A DNA stretch of 64,000 nucleotides. Origin: Candidatus Taylorbacteria bacterium RIFCSPHIGHO2_01_FULL_46_22b (GTDB lineage Bacteria > Patescibacteriota > Minisyncoccia > Phycocordibacterales > DSPV01). Position numbers and translations under genes: made by a program. The DNA is taken from assembly GCA_001820875.1 (NCBI GenBank), contig MHRF01000013.1:73992-137991 (forward strand), written 5' to 3'. Positions 1 through 8,025 of this stretch are shown here, piece after piece (positions within the stretch are counted from its first letter, which is position 1; every line of letters begins with the position of its first letter). The notes under the pieces were generated by a model. It did not search any database and was not told the origin of the DNA. It saw nothing but the letters and a program-made list of their open reading frames with translations.

Positions 1-1186
1 GCGCGACAATTGAGGCATGCGAGGTAATTCCTCCCTCGTCGGTGACAAATGCCGCCGCTTTCTGCATGCCAAGTATGTACGAAGGTGCGGTAGTCGGCGC
101 AATTAAAATATCCCCCTCCTGCACTTTATCAATATCGTGAGCAGTCATAACTACTTTTGCCCGCCCTTGAATTCTTCCTTTGAAGGCAATGGCTCCTTTA
201 AGTTCCTTGGTTGAATTTTTTATTTCTAAATCAGCAACAGGGCCGTGCAACAGAGCGCTGTATGCTCCAAAAGAAATTAAACTCACATTTCCATATTCAT
301 ATTTCTCGATTTTTCCCTCGAGAAGATCATGAATGCTGTAATCCCTTAAATCCTTAAAAGGTAAATTGAAATGAGTAGCGACTTCCTGAAGAATCGGACG
401 AGCCAAATACATCAGTTCATAGAGAACATCCGTACGCAAGGTTCTATAGTAAACAAGTTCCTGTGCCACTGCCGCCAAAGTTTTAAGTTCATCAGGAATA
501 TGAGGTCGTTTAAACTCTTCCTTTGGTTTTTCCGCCTGAAGACGCTTCCGCTCGTCCTGTAATTCATCAATAGAAAAAGGGTCTGAAAACCCATCTCGCA
601 CTTTTACCCACGCAAATGTGCGTTCTACTTCCTCAATTGGCACACTGCTCCGAAGAGCTTCTTCAAAATAATTATGAACATTTTTCTTTGTCGGATAACA
701 AATATCTCCCATTATCTTTTCAAGATCTCCCTGAAGATATTTGGGGATCTCTGCTCGAAGCTGTTTGATATACAGGTGTTCAAATCCATGCGCAAACCAA
801 ACATGTGCTTTCAGCAAAGTAAGCACTTCATATAATGCAGACAGCTTGGCGACTGGCGTATCTTTTGACTCAATTAATTTACTAATCTTTTCTATTCCTT
901 CTGTACGATACGCTTCGCACTTTCTTACAACCTCAAAAAAAGTATTACCTTGATCAAGATACCTTTGAAGTTCAACAACAAAAAGATCCCAGATTTCTTC
1001 AGAGCGATACCAGACTCCTTTTTGAAAAAGCATCGCTGGCCACTCTGCACCTACTCCAAACTTTTGCATTCCCTCTCGCCGCGAACCACCGCGAAATTGA
1101 GAGAGCATAAAAGCCCCAAACGGTCTGTCTGCCCAATGCTCCCACTTATATTCTAAAATTTTCTTTTTTATCTCCTCCGGCGTCAT
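1..1186 (-). CDS. PEP-utilizer phosphohistidine-domain paralog P0, 3'-truncated by the window edge. N-terminal helical region plus C-terminal swivel domain (..FVTDEGGITSHASIVA at the edge).
   Basis: Manual reverse translation from the ATG at 1186..1184 gives MTPEEIKKKILEYKWEHWADRPFGAF... and stays open to position 1. The last codons encode AAAFVTDEGGITSHASIVA, the PEP-utilizers His motif. The stop of the next gene (1188) follows 1 nt after this start. Confidence 0.75.
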   Translation of the reverse strand, partial: MTPEEIKKKILEYKWEHWADRPFGAFMLSQFRGGSRREGMQKFGVGAEWPAMLFQKGVWYRSEEIWDLFVVELQRYLDQGNTFFEVVRKCEAYRTEGIEKISKLIESKDTPVAKLSALYEVLTLLKAHVWFAHGFEHLYIKQLRAEIPKYLQGDLEKIMGDICYPTKKNVHNYFEEALRSSVPIEEVERTFAWVKVRDGFSDPFSIDELQDERKRLQAEKPKEEFKRPHIPDELKTLAAVAQELVYYRTLRTDVLYELMYLARPILQEVATHFNLPFKDLRDYSIHDLLEGKIEKYEYGNVSLISFGAYSALLHGPVADLEIKNSTKELKGAIAFKGRIQGRAKVVMTAHDIDKVQEGDILIAPTTAPSYILGMQKAAAFVTDEGGITSHASIVA

Positions 1187-1187
1187 G

Positions 1188-2687
1188 TTAGAGGATTGAG
1201 ACCAGTCCGTGATCTGCGTTTACTTCCACCGTCATGCCGTCTTTGAGCACTTTGGTTGCAATTTTGGTACCAATTACACAAGGCTTATTTAATTCGCGTG
1301 CAACAATTGCCGCATGCGAAGTCACCCCTCCCTCATCAGTTACAATCGCCGCCGCTTTTTTCATCGCAGGAACATAATCAGGTCGTGTCATAACCGCAAC
1401 CAAAATATCCCCTTCATTCACTTTATCAACTTCTTTCGCGCTCTTTATGATTTTCACCGTGCCCACCACCTTACCCATGCAAGCCGTCAAACCACGGAAA
1501 TCATTCACGTGTGATAAATCAGTGGTCTTGAGTATAGTTTCTTTCACCTGATCGGCTTCTTTACCGACAAGCACCTCATGCCCTTCTGTATCCCAAAAGA
1601 ATACGCAATTCTCTTTGCGTTTTTTAAAATCTTCACTAGAAGGAGTGATGTCAAAAATCTTTCCTACTTCGCGTGGACTCATGTATTTAATCAGCTCAAG
1701 TGATATGTTTGTACGTTTACCTATTTCAGATAGAATCAGCGACCCATAGTGCATGGTCCACAGCGTTGCTTTTTTACGATCATCCTGCCATTTGGTAAAG
1801 TCTTCCGAGACCTTGAGCAGGAACTCAAGCTCTTTATCCTGCTCCACCAGCGACCAATACTTCTTCTTCTCTTCAATATGTCGCGCGGGAGTTTCTTCAA
1901 TTTTCTTCAGTGTTACATTTAAATCCTCCGACAATGCAAGCAACTTTTCAAGTTCTGTATTGAAATGTTCGACTGAAAGCACATATGCATCAACATAATT
2001 ATTATGAATCCAGAAAAATTCCTGTTGATGTCTCTGGAGTAGTTTTGTTCTCTGTGCAGGATCTTTCCGAACCGCAAGCGCAATCTTAATGAGCGATACC
2101 TCTGCTTCGTTGATAAATGAAAGGTGGACTGGCGCAGTCAAAATCGAAAATAACTCATTGAGCCTCATGGTGTCTTTAAGAGGCGATGCGTCGTATAACT
2201 TTTTGATATGAGCCGCGACAATCTCGTCAGTCCCTAATGCAAACCCGTCTATGGTTGAACTTGAACTGTTTCGAGAAAGCACTGTCTCGACAAACTCATT
2301 GTGAAGTGTAATAAGTTCTTTGTCGGTAAGTTTTGCCAGATCAGTCTCTCCAATATGCTCGCACAGTGCATAAAAAGCTTTTTCATCTCCATCCCATTCT
2401 GCAATAAACTTTGTGCTATAAGAAATGTCGCCGCCACCATTTTTTATGACTGCTGTATATATTTTCTTGATATCTTCCATCTCCATATACCAATCTGCCT
2501 TGCCGTTTTCAAAAAAACAGTAGTGTACATCGAAATTCGTCCCTTTCTTCCTCTCAATATGAAAATCAATCTGTGCCTCGGCGATAAAATGGATAAAATA
2601 GGGCGACCCATCAAATCGCTGGTGATACCACTCTTTTCCCGTCCATTTGGACAACTCTTTTCGAGTCAACCCTTGTATATACTCCAT
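1188..2687 (-). CDS. Array paralog P1: helical N-domain (motifs FFWIHNNY, WQDDRKK) plus C-terminal PEP-utilizer mobile domain
   Basis: 499-aa ORF. The C-terminus reads GDILVAVMTRPDYVPAMKKAAAIVTDEGGVTSHAAIVARELNKPCVIGT, with the catalytic-His motif of PF00391-type swivel domains. Confidence 0.85.
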   Translation of the reverse strand: MEYIQGLTRKELSKWTGKEWYHQRFDGSPYFIHFIAEAQIDFHIERKKGTNFDVHYCFFENGKADWYMEMEDIKKIYTAVIKNGGGDISYSTKFIAEWDGDEKAFYALCEHIGETDLAKLTDKELITLHNEFVETVLSRNSSSSTIDGFALGTDEIVAAHIKKLYDASPLKDTMRLNELFSILTAPVHLSFINEAEVSLIKIALAVRKDPAQRTKLLQRHQQEFFWIHNNYVDAYVLSVEHFNTELEKLLALSEDLNVTLKKIEETPARHIEEKKKYWSLVEQDKELEFLLKVSEDFTKWQDDRKKATLWTMHYGSLILSEIGKRTNISLELIKYMSPREVGKIFDITPSSEDFKKRKENCVFFWDTEGHEVLVGKEADQVKETILKTTDLSHVNDFRGLTACMGKVVGTVKIIKSAKEVDKVNEGDILVAVMTRPDYVPAMKKAAAIVTDEGGVTSHAAIVARELNKPCVIGTKIATKVLKDGMTVEVNADHGLVSIL

Positions 2688-2695
2688 AAATAAAA

Positions 2696-4627
2696 TTATA
2701 GCATTTTCCTTACAACACCTCTCTCTGCATCAACCTCAATCCTATCGCCAGTTTTTAAAACTCGCGTGATATCCCGCACACCGATTATACAAGGCACATT
2801 GAGTTCTCTCGAAATAACCGCCGCATGACTGGTAACTCCACCTTGTTCTGTAACAATTGCTACTGCTTTCTTCATGATGGGCACAAACTCCGGAGTTGTT
2901 TGATTGGTTACCAAAATCTCTCCTTTCACAAAAGACTTCATGTCTTCAGCAGTACGTACAATATGAACGTGGCCTGTGGCGAATCCACGGCACGCGGGAA
3001 CCCCCTTCCATTCAACTTCTTTTTTATGTTCTCGTGCACCTGCTTCGAAAAAGCCCTGTGCTGTGGCACCCTCGGCAATAAAATATCCTTCAGGAGTTAC
3101 TGCGTAGAAAGTTCTTTCCTTTCTCTGTGCGATCAACTCGGCGACATCTCTTCCTTCAAGCAAGACTGCTTTTACTTCCTGAAAAATCAAGAAGGTAAGA
3201 TCTGATTTTGAATATGAAACCCGACGGGAGAGCTCTTCGAGAAAAAGATCGTAATAATGCATGCCTATATATGATCCCTTTTTGCGTTCATCTTTCCATT
3301 CTGCAAAAAGCCATGCGACTTTGATCAATTCTCGAGTAAAATTCGACAGGTTAATCTTTTCGAAGGTATCATCGCGCTTTTTCTTAGCTACCTTTCTACC
3401 TCTGTTTCTCTTCTCCATAATTTCTACAAACGAAGATTTTGACGCTCGTAGCTCTTCAGACTTTTTTTGCAGTTCAGAATAAAAGAAATCAATAGTCAGA
3501 ACTTCGGCAACAAAATAATTGTTGTGTATCCAGAAAAAAGACCGCGTATGAGCTTCTAATTTCTTATATAACCTCGGCTGCTCTGCCTGCATTGTCTCAA
3601 GCGACGGCAAGTCAGTTGGGTACACTTTCTCAATCGCAGTAGCAATTTCTATAAGTTTCCACTCTGCTTCTAATGTATATGAATCAATCAGGGGATTTGT
3701 CAGTGTGCGGACGATTTCTGGAACATCTTTGGATACAACGCCTTTAGCAACGAGTTCTTGGGAAATAACACTTTCAAGCCAATCAATCTCTCCAGTGGAC
3801 ATAAAAGTGTCCGCCATATATGCAACTGAACCGGCTAAAAGGTACCCGATGTGGAATTGTTCAAATAAATCACAGAGATCCTCATCTGAAAGCATCTTGA
3901 AATTTGTCTGGTCAATCTTTTCTCTGATTTCATCATAGGACTGCCAATCTTTCCGCCATCCAATTTGTATATTTAAAAAAGGAATGCTTCCTTCTTTCTT
4001 GATTTTATCGACAATCCAATCGCGAACTTGCTGTACACTGTCCCAATCTAGAAACCAATTCCCCTCATTTCCTTCTTGGAACCCGAAACAATATCCATAG
4101 TGAGGTGAAAACCGTTCTGAAAATGCATGGAGTTCACTTTCAGATGCAGCAAAAAGGGTAAAAAGCTTAGAATGGAAATTTTTATTAAAATCAGAACTCG
4201 TCTTCCGTACTAACTCAATCGGAAAATCAGAAAGTTTCTTTGCTAGAGGTTTAAATGTCTCCTGTTTTCCAATAACTTTTACTTCTATATTAGGAAAATG
4301 GGATTGCAAATCCTCTCGAAGTTCATGCTGATCATGCCCAATCGCAACAGCGTCAGGTTTGTGCTTCGCGAAAATTTCCCAACTTCCCTGCACTCGGTCA
4401 CCAATAACAACTTGATCGACAAGCTTAGCGGCGGCAAGTGCCGCCGCCCGCTCTTCCATGGTTAAATTCGGTATTCTCTTTTTGAGTGTCTTGACTGCTT
4501 CATCATGCGCAACAACTGCAATTAGATAATCTCCTAATTTCTTTGCTTCACGCAAAAAATAATGGTGCCCAATATGTAAACCATCAAATGTTCCAAACGC
4601 CATTACTTTTTTATTTTTCTTCGGCAC
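2696..4627 (-). CDS. Array paralog P2, three-domain fusion: N-terminal HxGH cytidylyltransferase-like nucleotidyltransferase, then the helical domain (FFWIHNNY, WKDERKK), then a C-terminal PEP-utilizer domain
   Basis: 643-aa ORF. The N-terminus has MAFGTFDGLHIGHHYF (HxGH motif of the cytidylyltransferase/FAD-synthetase-like fold). The C-terminus reads IVTEQGGVTSHAAVISRELNVPCIIG. The annotated start at 4627 is GTG; the first ATG is at 4603 (MAFGTFDG..), which is the more likely start. Confidence 0.8.
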   Translation of the reverse strand: MPKKNKKVMAFGTFDGLHIGHHYFLREAKKLGDYLIAVVAHDEAVKTLKKRIPNLTMEERAAALAAAKLVDQVVIGDRVQGSWEIFAKHKPDAVAIGHDQHELREDLQSHFPNIEVKVIGKQETFKPLAKKLSDFPIELVRKTSSDFNKNFHSKLFTLFAASESELHAFSERFSPHYGYCFGFQEGNEGNWFLDWDSVQQVRDWIVDKIKKEGSIPFLNIQIGWRKDWQSYDEIREKIDQTNFKMLSDEDLCDLFEQFHIGYLLAGSVAYMADTFMSTGEIDWLESVISQELVAKGVVSKDVPEIVRTLTNPLIDSYTLEAEWKLIEIATAIEKVYPTDLPSLETMQAEQPRLYKKLEAHTRSFFWIHNNYFVAEVLTIDFFYSELQKKSEELRASKSSFVEIMEKRNRGRKVAKKKRDDTFEKINLSNFTRELIKVAWLFAEWKDERKKGSYIGMHYYDLFLEELSRRVSYSKSDLTFLIFQEVKAVLLEGRDVAELIAQRKERTFYAVTPEGYFIAEGATAQGFFEAGAREHKKEVEWKGVPACRGFATGHVHIVRTAEDMKSFVKGEILVTNQTTPEFVPIMKKAVAIVTEQGGVTSHAAVISRELNVPCIIGVRDITRVLKTGDRIEVDAERGVVRKML

Positions 4628-6017
4628 GTTTCAAAATCGTTACCACTCCCTTCTCCGCGTCCACCTCCACCAAATCGCCGGTTTGTAGAATTTTTGTCGC
4701 AATTTGTGTCCCAATAACAGCGGGTACATTCAACTCTCGAGCCACAACCGCAGCATGACTGGTAATTCCTCCTTCATCAGTTACAATTGCCGCTGCTTTT
4801 GCACATAAATGGACAATCTGTGGACGTGTCATACCCGTTACCAAAATCTCTCCCTTCTGAAACGCACTTACTTGTTCATTGTAATCAGATGTGACAAAAC
4901 TGACGACACGAACACGGCCTATGACCTTTCCCTTATTTGCAACACTCCCTTTGAAGGTGCTGACAGCACTAAAATCTTCAGCTACCAGCTTTTTATATTT
5001 GTCTGCCTCTTCACCAGTAAGTAAAACAGCCCAACGATTATTTAAAATTGACACATATCCTGACTTACGGCGTCGAATTTCTTCCATATCAATTTTTTGT
5101 CCCGAGAAAAACGCAATCATTTCTTCTACAGTAGCAAACTCAAGATCAGGCTGTTTGCTTCGGAAAACTAATTCCTCAAGGATTTTCTTAAGATGATAGC
5201 GAAGATGCATGAAATGATACCTTGTCCAAAATCGCAAACAACCAAGTTCTCCAATAAGTCTCCCTAGATTCAAAATCTCCGGCGGAACTGGAATGTCAGG
5301 CGTCTTCACACCTTCTTTTACAAAAGAAAGAATCTTTTCTCTATAATGATCCGCATCAAATGGTTTCTCTCCTTCTATTTCATTAAACCATCCATATTGA
5401 GTCACAAATTTTTGGAGTAAAATATTCTGTGCATCAACAGAAAGAATCGACCAACGCTTGTATGCCTCTTCAATTTCTTTTTCTTCCTGTGCCCAAGGTA
5501 AATCTTCCGGCCAATAAGTTGAGGCGCGCAATAACTTGTCTTTTTCTTGGTACTTATCAAGAAGAGTTGTTATTTTCTCTTCAAGAGATTTGACGTGCTG
5601 CGGATTACTGATAAACATGCGGGCCAAGGTTTTTAGCATTTGATTGAAGAGTGTCTGCACATCCACAAGTAAAGCCAAGGTCTCTTTTTCTTTCCAAACT
5701 TGTTTCCATGCCCACTCTTCCATTTCCTTTGCTTCAGTAAACAGCGTCTTCCGTACATCGGTTAATAAACTTTTTATTCTTTCTGGATCCTCCCAGACTT
5801 TTCTGAAATACTCGCCAGCTTGATTCATTTCCTCAACGTCAAAATACGCCCGATTAGACATATCAGGAGAGACAAGATAAATCACATTCTTGTATTCAAA
5901 CCCTGCAAAATCAAAAAAAGTTTTAGCAAAAAATCCTATGTGGGCAGCGGTATAGTACGGTCGAACAGCACGAGTTTCAAACATTCGCTTATATATTCTT
6001 TTTGCGTTCTGTTCCAT
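4611..6017 (-). CDS. Array paralog P3 (helical domain + PEP-utilizer domain)
   Basis: 468-aa ORF. The C-terminus reads IVTDEGGITSHAAVVARELNVPAVIGT. Confidence 0.85.
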   Translation of the reverse strand: MEQNAKRIYKRMFETRAVRPYYTAAHIGFFAKTFFDFAGFEYKNVIYLVSPDMSNRAYFDVEEMNQAGEYFRKVWEDPERIKSLLTDVRKTLFTEAKEMEEWAWKQVWKEKETLALLVDVQTLFNQMLKTLARMFISNPQHVKSLEEKITTLLDKYQEKDKLLRASTYWPEDLPWAQEEKEIEEAYKRWSILSVDAQNILLQKFVTQYGWFNEIEGEKPFDADHYREKILSFVKEGVKTPDIPVPPEILNLGRLIGELGCLRFWTRYHFMHLRYHLKKILEELVFRSKQPDLEFATVEEMIAFFSGQKIDMEEIRRRKSGYVSILNNRWAVLLTGEEADKYKKLVAEDFSAVSTFKGSVANKGKVIGRVRVVSFVTSDYNEQVSAFQKGEILVTGMTRPQIVHLCAKAAAIVTDEGGITSHAAVVARELNVPAVIGTQIATKILQTGDLVEVDAEKGVVTILKRAEEK

Positions 6018-6113
6018 ACAGATGATACTACCTTATATTAAAACTGTTTGACAATAGATATTATATCGTGTTATAGTGTAAATCGATCACAAAAACCTCC
6101 TCCGCAGTAATGT

Positions 6114-6599
6114 GTGAGGAACAAACTGAAAGGAAGTACCTTGAGCACTCCCCACAAAATCCTCTGTCTCTGCCTCGGAAATTCCGACCGAAGCCCAGTC
6201 ATGGCCGCCGTTCTGCACATGTATCTCACCAGTGCAGGCTACACTGACGTCATTGTCGAGAGCGCCGGAGTCGGTGATTACGCGAAAACAGGTGGCAAAC
6301 CTGCCCCATTTGGTGTCGCCGCCGCGAAATTCCTTGGACTTCACATCGGTGGCCACACACGTCGTCACGTTGAAACACTGAAGCTCGACGATTACGATCT
6401 CTTTGTCTGCGCCGCAGATGACGTTGCCCGAGAACTCCTCAAGTTCTGCGGCGATCGGAGCAGGATGTTCAATGCCAACGTAGCAAACCCCTTCCCAGTC
6501 CAGTTCCAACAGGACTACGAACCGTGCATGATCGCCATCCTTGGCGGCATGTACCGTGTCGTCGCCCGCTACTTCCCTCCCCAATCCTTCGAGATGTAG
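6114..6599 (+). CDS. Low-molecular-weight phosphotyrosine phosphatase / ArsC-family (CX5R) phosphatase-like protein
   Basis: P-loop motif ILCLCLGNSDRSPVMAA (C-x5-R-S) near the N-terminus. The gene is GC-richer than the flanking array. A more likely start is the TTG at 6151, preceded by AGGAAG. The overlapping minus ORF 6087..6584 lacks any motif. Confidence 0.6.
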   Translation: MRNKLKGSTLSTPHKILCLCLGNSDRSPVMAAVLHMYLTSAGYTDVIVESAGVGDYAKTGGKPAPFGVAAAKFLGLHIGGHTRRHVETLKLDDYDLFVCAADDVARELLKFCGDRSRMFNANVANPFPVQFQQDYEPCMIAILGGMYRVVARYFPPQSFEM

Positions 6600-6616
6600 C
6601 CGCCTCTTTCTTCATC

Positions 6617-6652
6617 AGCCCAACCGCTTGCGGTTGGGCTGACTCTTTTATT
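6617..6652 (+). terminator. Rho-independent terminator after the CX5R phosphatase gene
   Basis: Hairpin AGCCCAACCGC-TTGC-GGTTGGGCT followed by a T-run (CTTTTATT). Confidence 0.5.
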
Positions 6653-6925
6653 GCCTAGCGAGTGAGCAACCTAAATTTCAAGGAGCAAAGCGACTATGAA
6701 ATTGGAAGCACTCTTGTGGTACGGAGAGAAAAAGTATCTTCGTTTTCTCTCCCGAACGAGCGACCTAGATTTCTTACGAGCATAGCGAATGTAGAAATCG
6801 GAAGTACTCTCGTGGTGCGACGGCAACAAAGGGTTTAATATCTCGCCCGTGGGGGGGTGAAAGCATTCGCGAAGCGAATGCTTTTTGTGTCTAGGATTTG
6901 ACCTAGGGTTAATACCCTTTATTTC
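6651..6925. repeat. Intergenic repeat element, copy A. It is two tandem ~70-nt subunits, then a terminal hairpin AAAGGGTTTAATA/CCCTTT that is split by a ~70-nt insert.
   Basis: TTGCCTAGCGAGTGAGCAACCTAAATTTC...GTGGTGCGACGGCAACAAAGGGTTTAATA is nearly identical to 57638..57836 and partially matches 55046..55200. Confidence 0.65.
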
Positions 6926-8025
6926 CTCTCCAAGATTTTCACCGTTCCTTTCTCGCCATCAACTTCAACAATATATCCATCTTTTAGTACATGAGTTGCG
7001 TACTTGAGTGCAACCACACAAGGAATCCCAAACTCACGCGAGACTACCGCAGCATGGGAAAGTAATCCTCCTTGATTAGCGAGAATCGCAGACGCTTTTT
7101 CACACGCAGGCATAAATTCGGGTGAAGTTGTTTCGGCAACCAAAATATCTCCTTTTTCCATTCTCTCAAATTCTTTTGCCAGCGAATCAAATGTCTTTGG
7201 ATCAGAAACAATAACCTTAACCCGTCCAATAACTTTTCCTTTGCTTGCAGGAATACCCTTTAGAATCTGAATTTCAGAGGGAATTTCTTCTCCCGCCTGT
7301 TTTAATAACGTAAGAATATCGTCTTTGACTTGCGCTCCGGCATGGACCGTAACTGTATTACCTTCCCCAATAATCACCCTCGCTTCTTTCCTATCTCTGG
7401 TCACTTGCGAATCAACCTTCACTCCATCAAAAAGTTTGTAGATATCATTGACCCCGTAGTATTTGAGGTCATGTATACTCACACCAAACTGCTTTTCAAG
7501 CTTGCGAGACATCTGGCGGAAATATGAGTCCTCGCCAAACCAAGGATAGTTAAAAATCTCCACTCTCGAACGCTCTTTGAGTTTGTAATTCCTCATCAGA
7601 TTTTCTTGCATCACCGGATTATTTACGGAGAGTTTATATGCCTTATCGGTATAGAAAAACTCGGTTCGGTAAAAGAACGATGTCGCCAAGCACCAATGTC
7701 CAAGAAATTTCTCAACATTTTGTTTGGTAAGTATTTCGGGTTTCTTTATCTCCGAATCAAATATTTCTAAGAGCTTGTTGAGATATTCAACATGGGCATT
7801 GAAATATTCGTTAAACCGTTTAGTGTCGGCAAAAAACTCTGCGCCATCATCAAGCTGTGCTTCAAGTACTTTTTTAGGAAGCCAGCAGTACCAACTGTCA
7901 TCAATAGCAGTTTCCAGTGCATAGAAACCTTTATAAAAGCCCATCCATGCATCACTCATCAAAAAATCAATCCCCTCAAAGTGGAACAATCGTTGATACT
8001 GTTTTGATTCGTCTATGAATTTCAT
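6919..8025 (-). CDS. Array paralog P4 (shorter helical domain + PEP-utilizer domain)
   Basis: 368-aa ORF. The C-terminus reads ILANQGGLLSHAAVVSREFGIPCVVAL. Confidence 0.8.
   Translation of the reverse strand: MKFIDESKQYQRLFHFEGIDFLMSDAWMGFYKGFYALETAIDDSWYCWLPKKVLEAQLDDGAEFFADTKRFNEYFNAHVEYLNKLLEIFDSEIKKPEILTKQNVEKFLGHWCLATSFFYRTEFFYTDKAYKLSVNNPVMQENLMRNYKLKERSRVEIFNYPWFGEDSYFRQMSRKLEKQFGVSIHDLKYYGVNDIYKLFDGVKVDSQVTRDRKEARVIIGEGNTVTVHAGAQVKDDILTLLKQAGEEIPSEIQILKGIPASKGKVIGRVKVIVSDPKTFDSLAKEFERMEKGDILVAETTSPEFMPACEKASAILANQGGLLSHAAVVSREFGIPCVVALKYATHVLKDGYIVEVDGEKGTVKILERK

Noticed and set aside
2696-4627. Annotated GTG start at 4627, which overlaps the P3 stop by 17 nt
   Set aside because: The first ATG, at 4603, gives the canonical MAFGTFDG cytidylyltransferase N-terminus and removes the overlap. 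I kept the ORF-track coordinates in the feature and flagged the alternative.
6087-6584. 165-aa minus-strand ORF overlapping the CX5R phosphatase gene
   Set aside because: The plus-strand frame carries the diagnostic CLGNSDRS P-loop. The minus frame has no motif, and the GC-rich sequence inflates ORF length.
6651-6925. Possible CRISPR array, given the tandem repeated subunits
   Set aside because: There are only two ~70-nt subunits per locus and they are imperfect. There is no short repeat/spacer periodicity and no cas genes.
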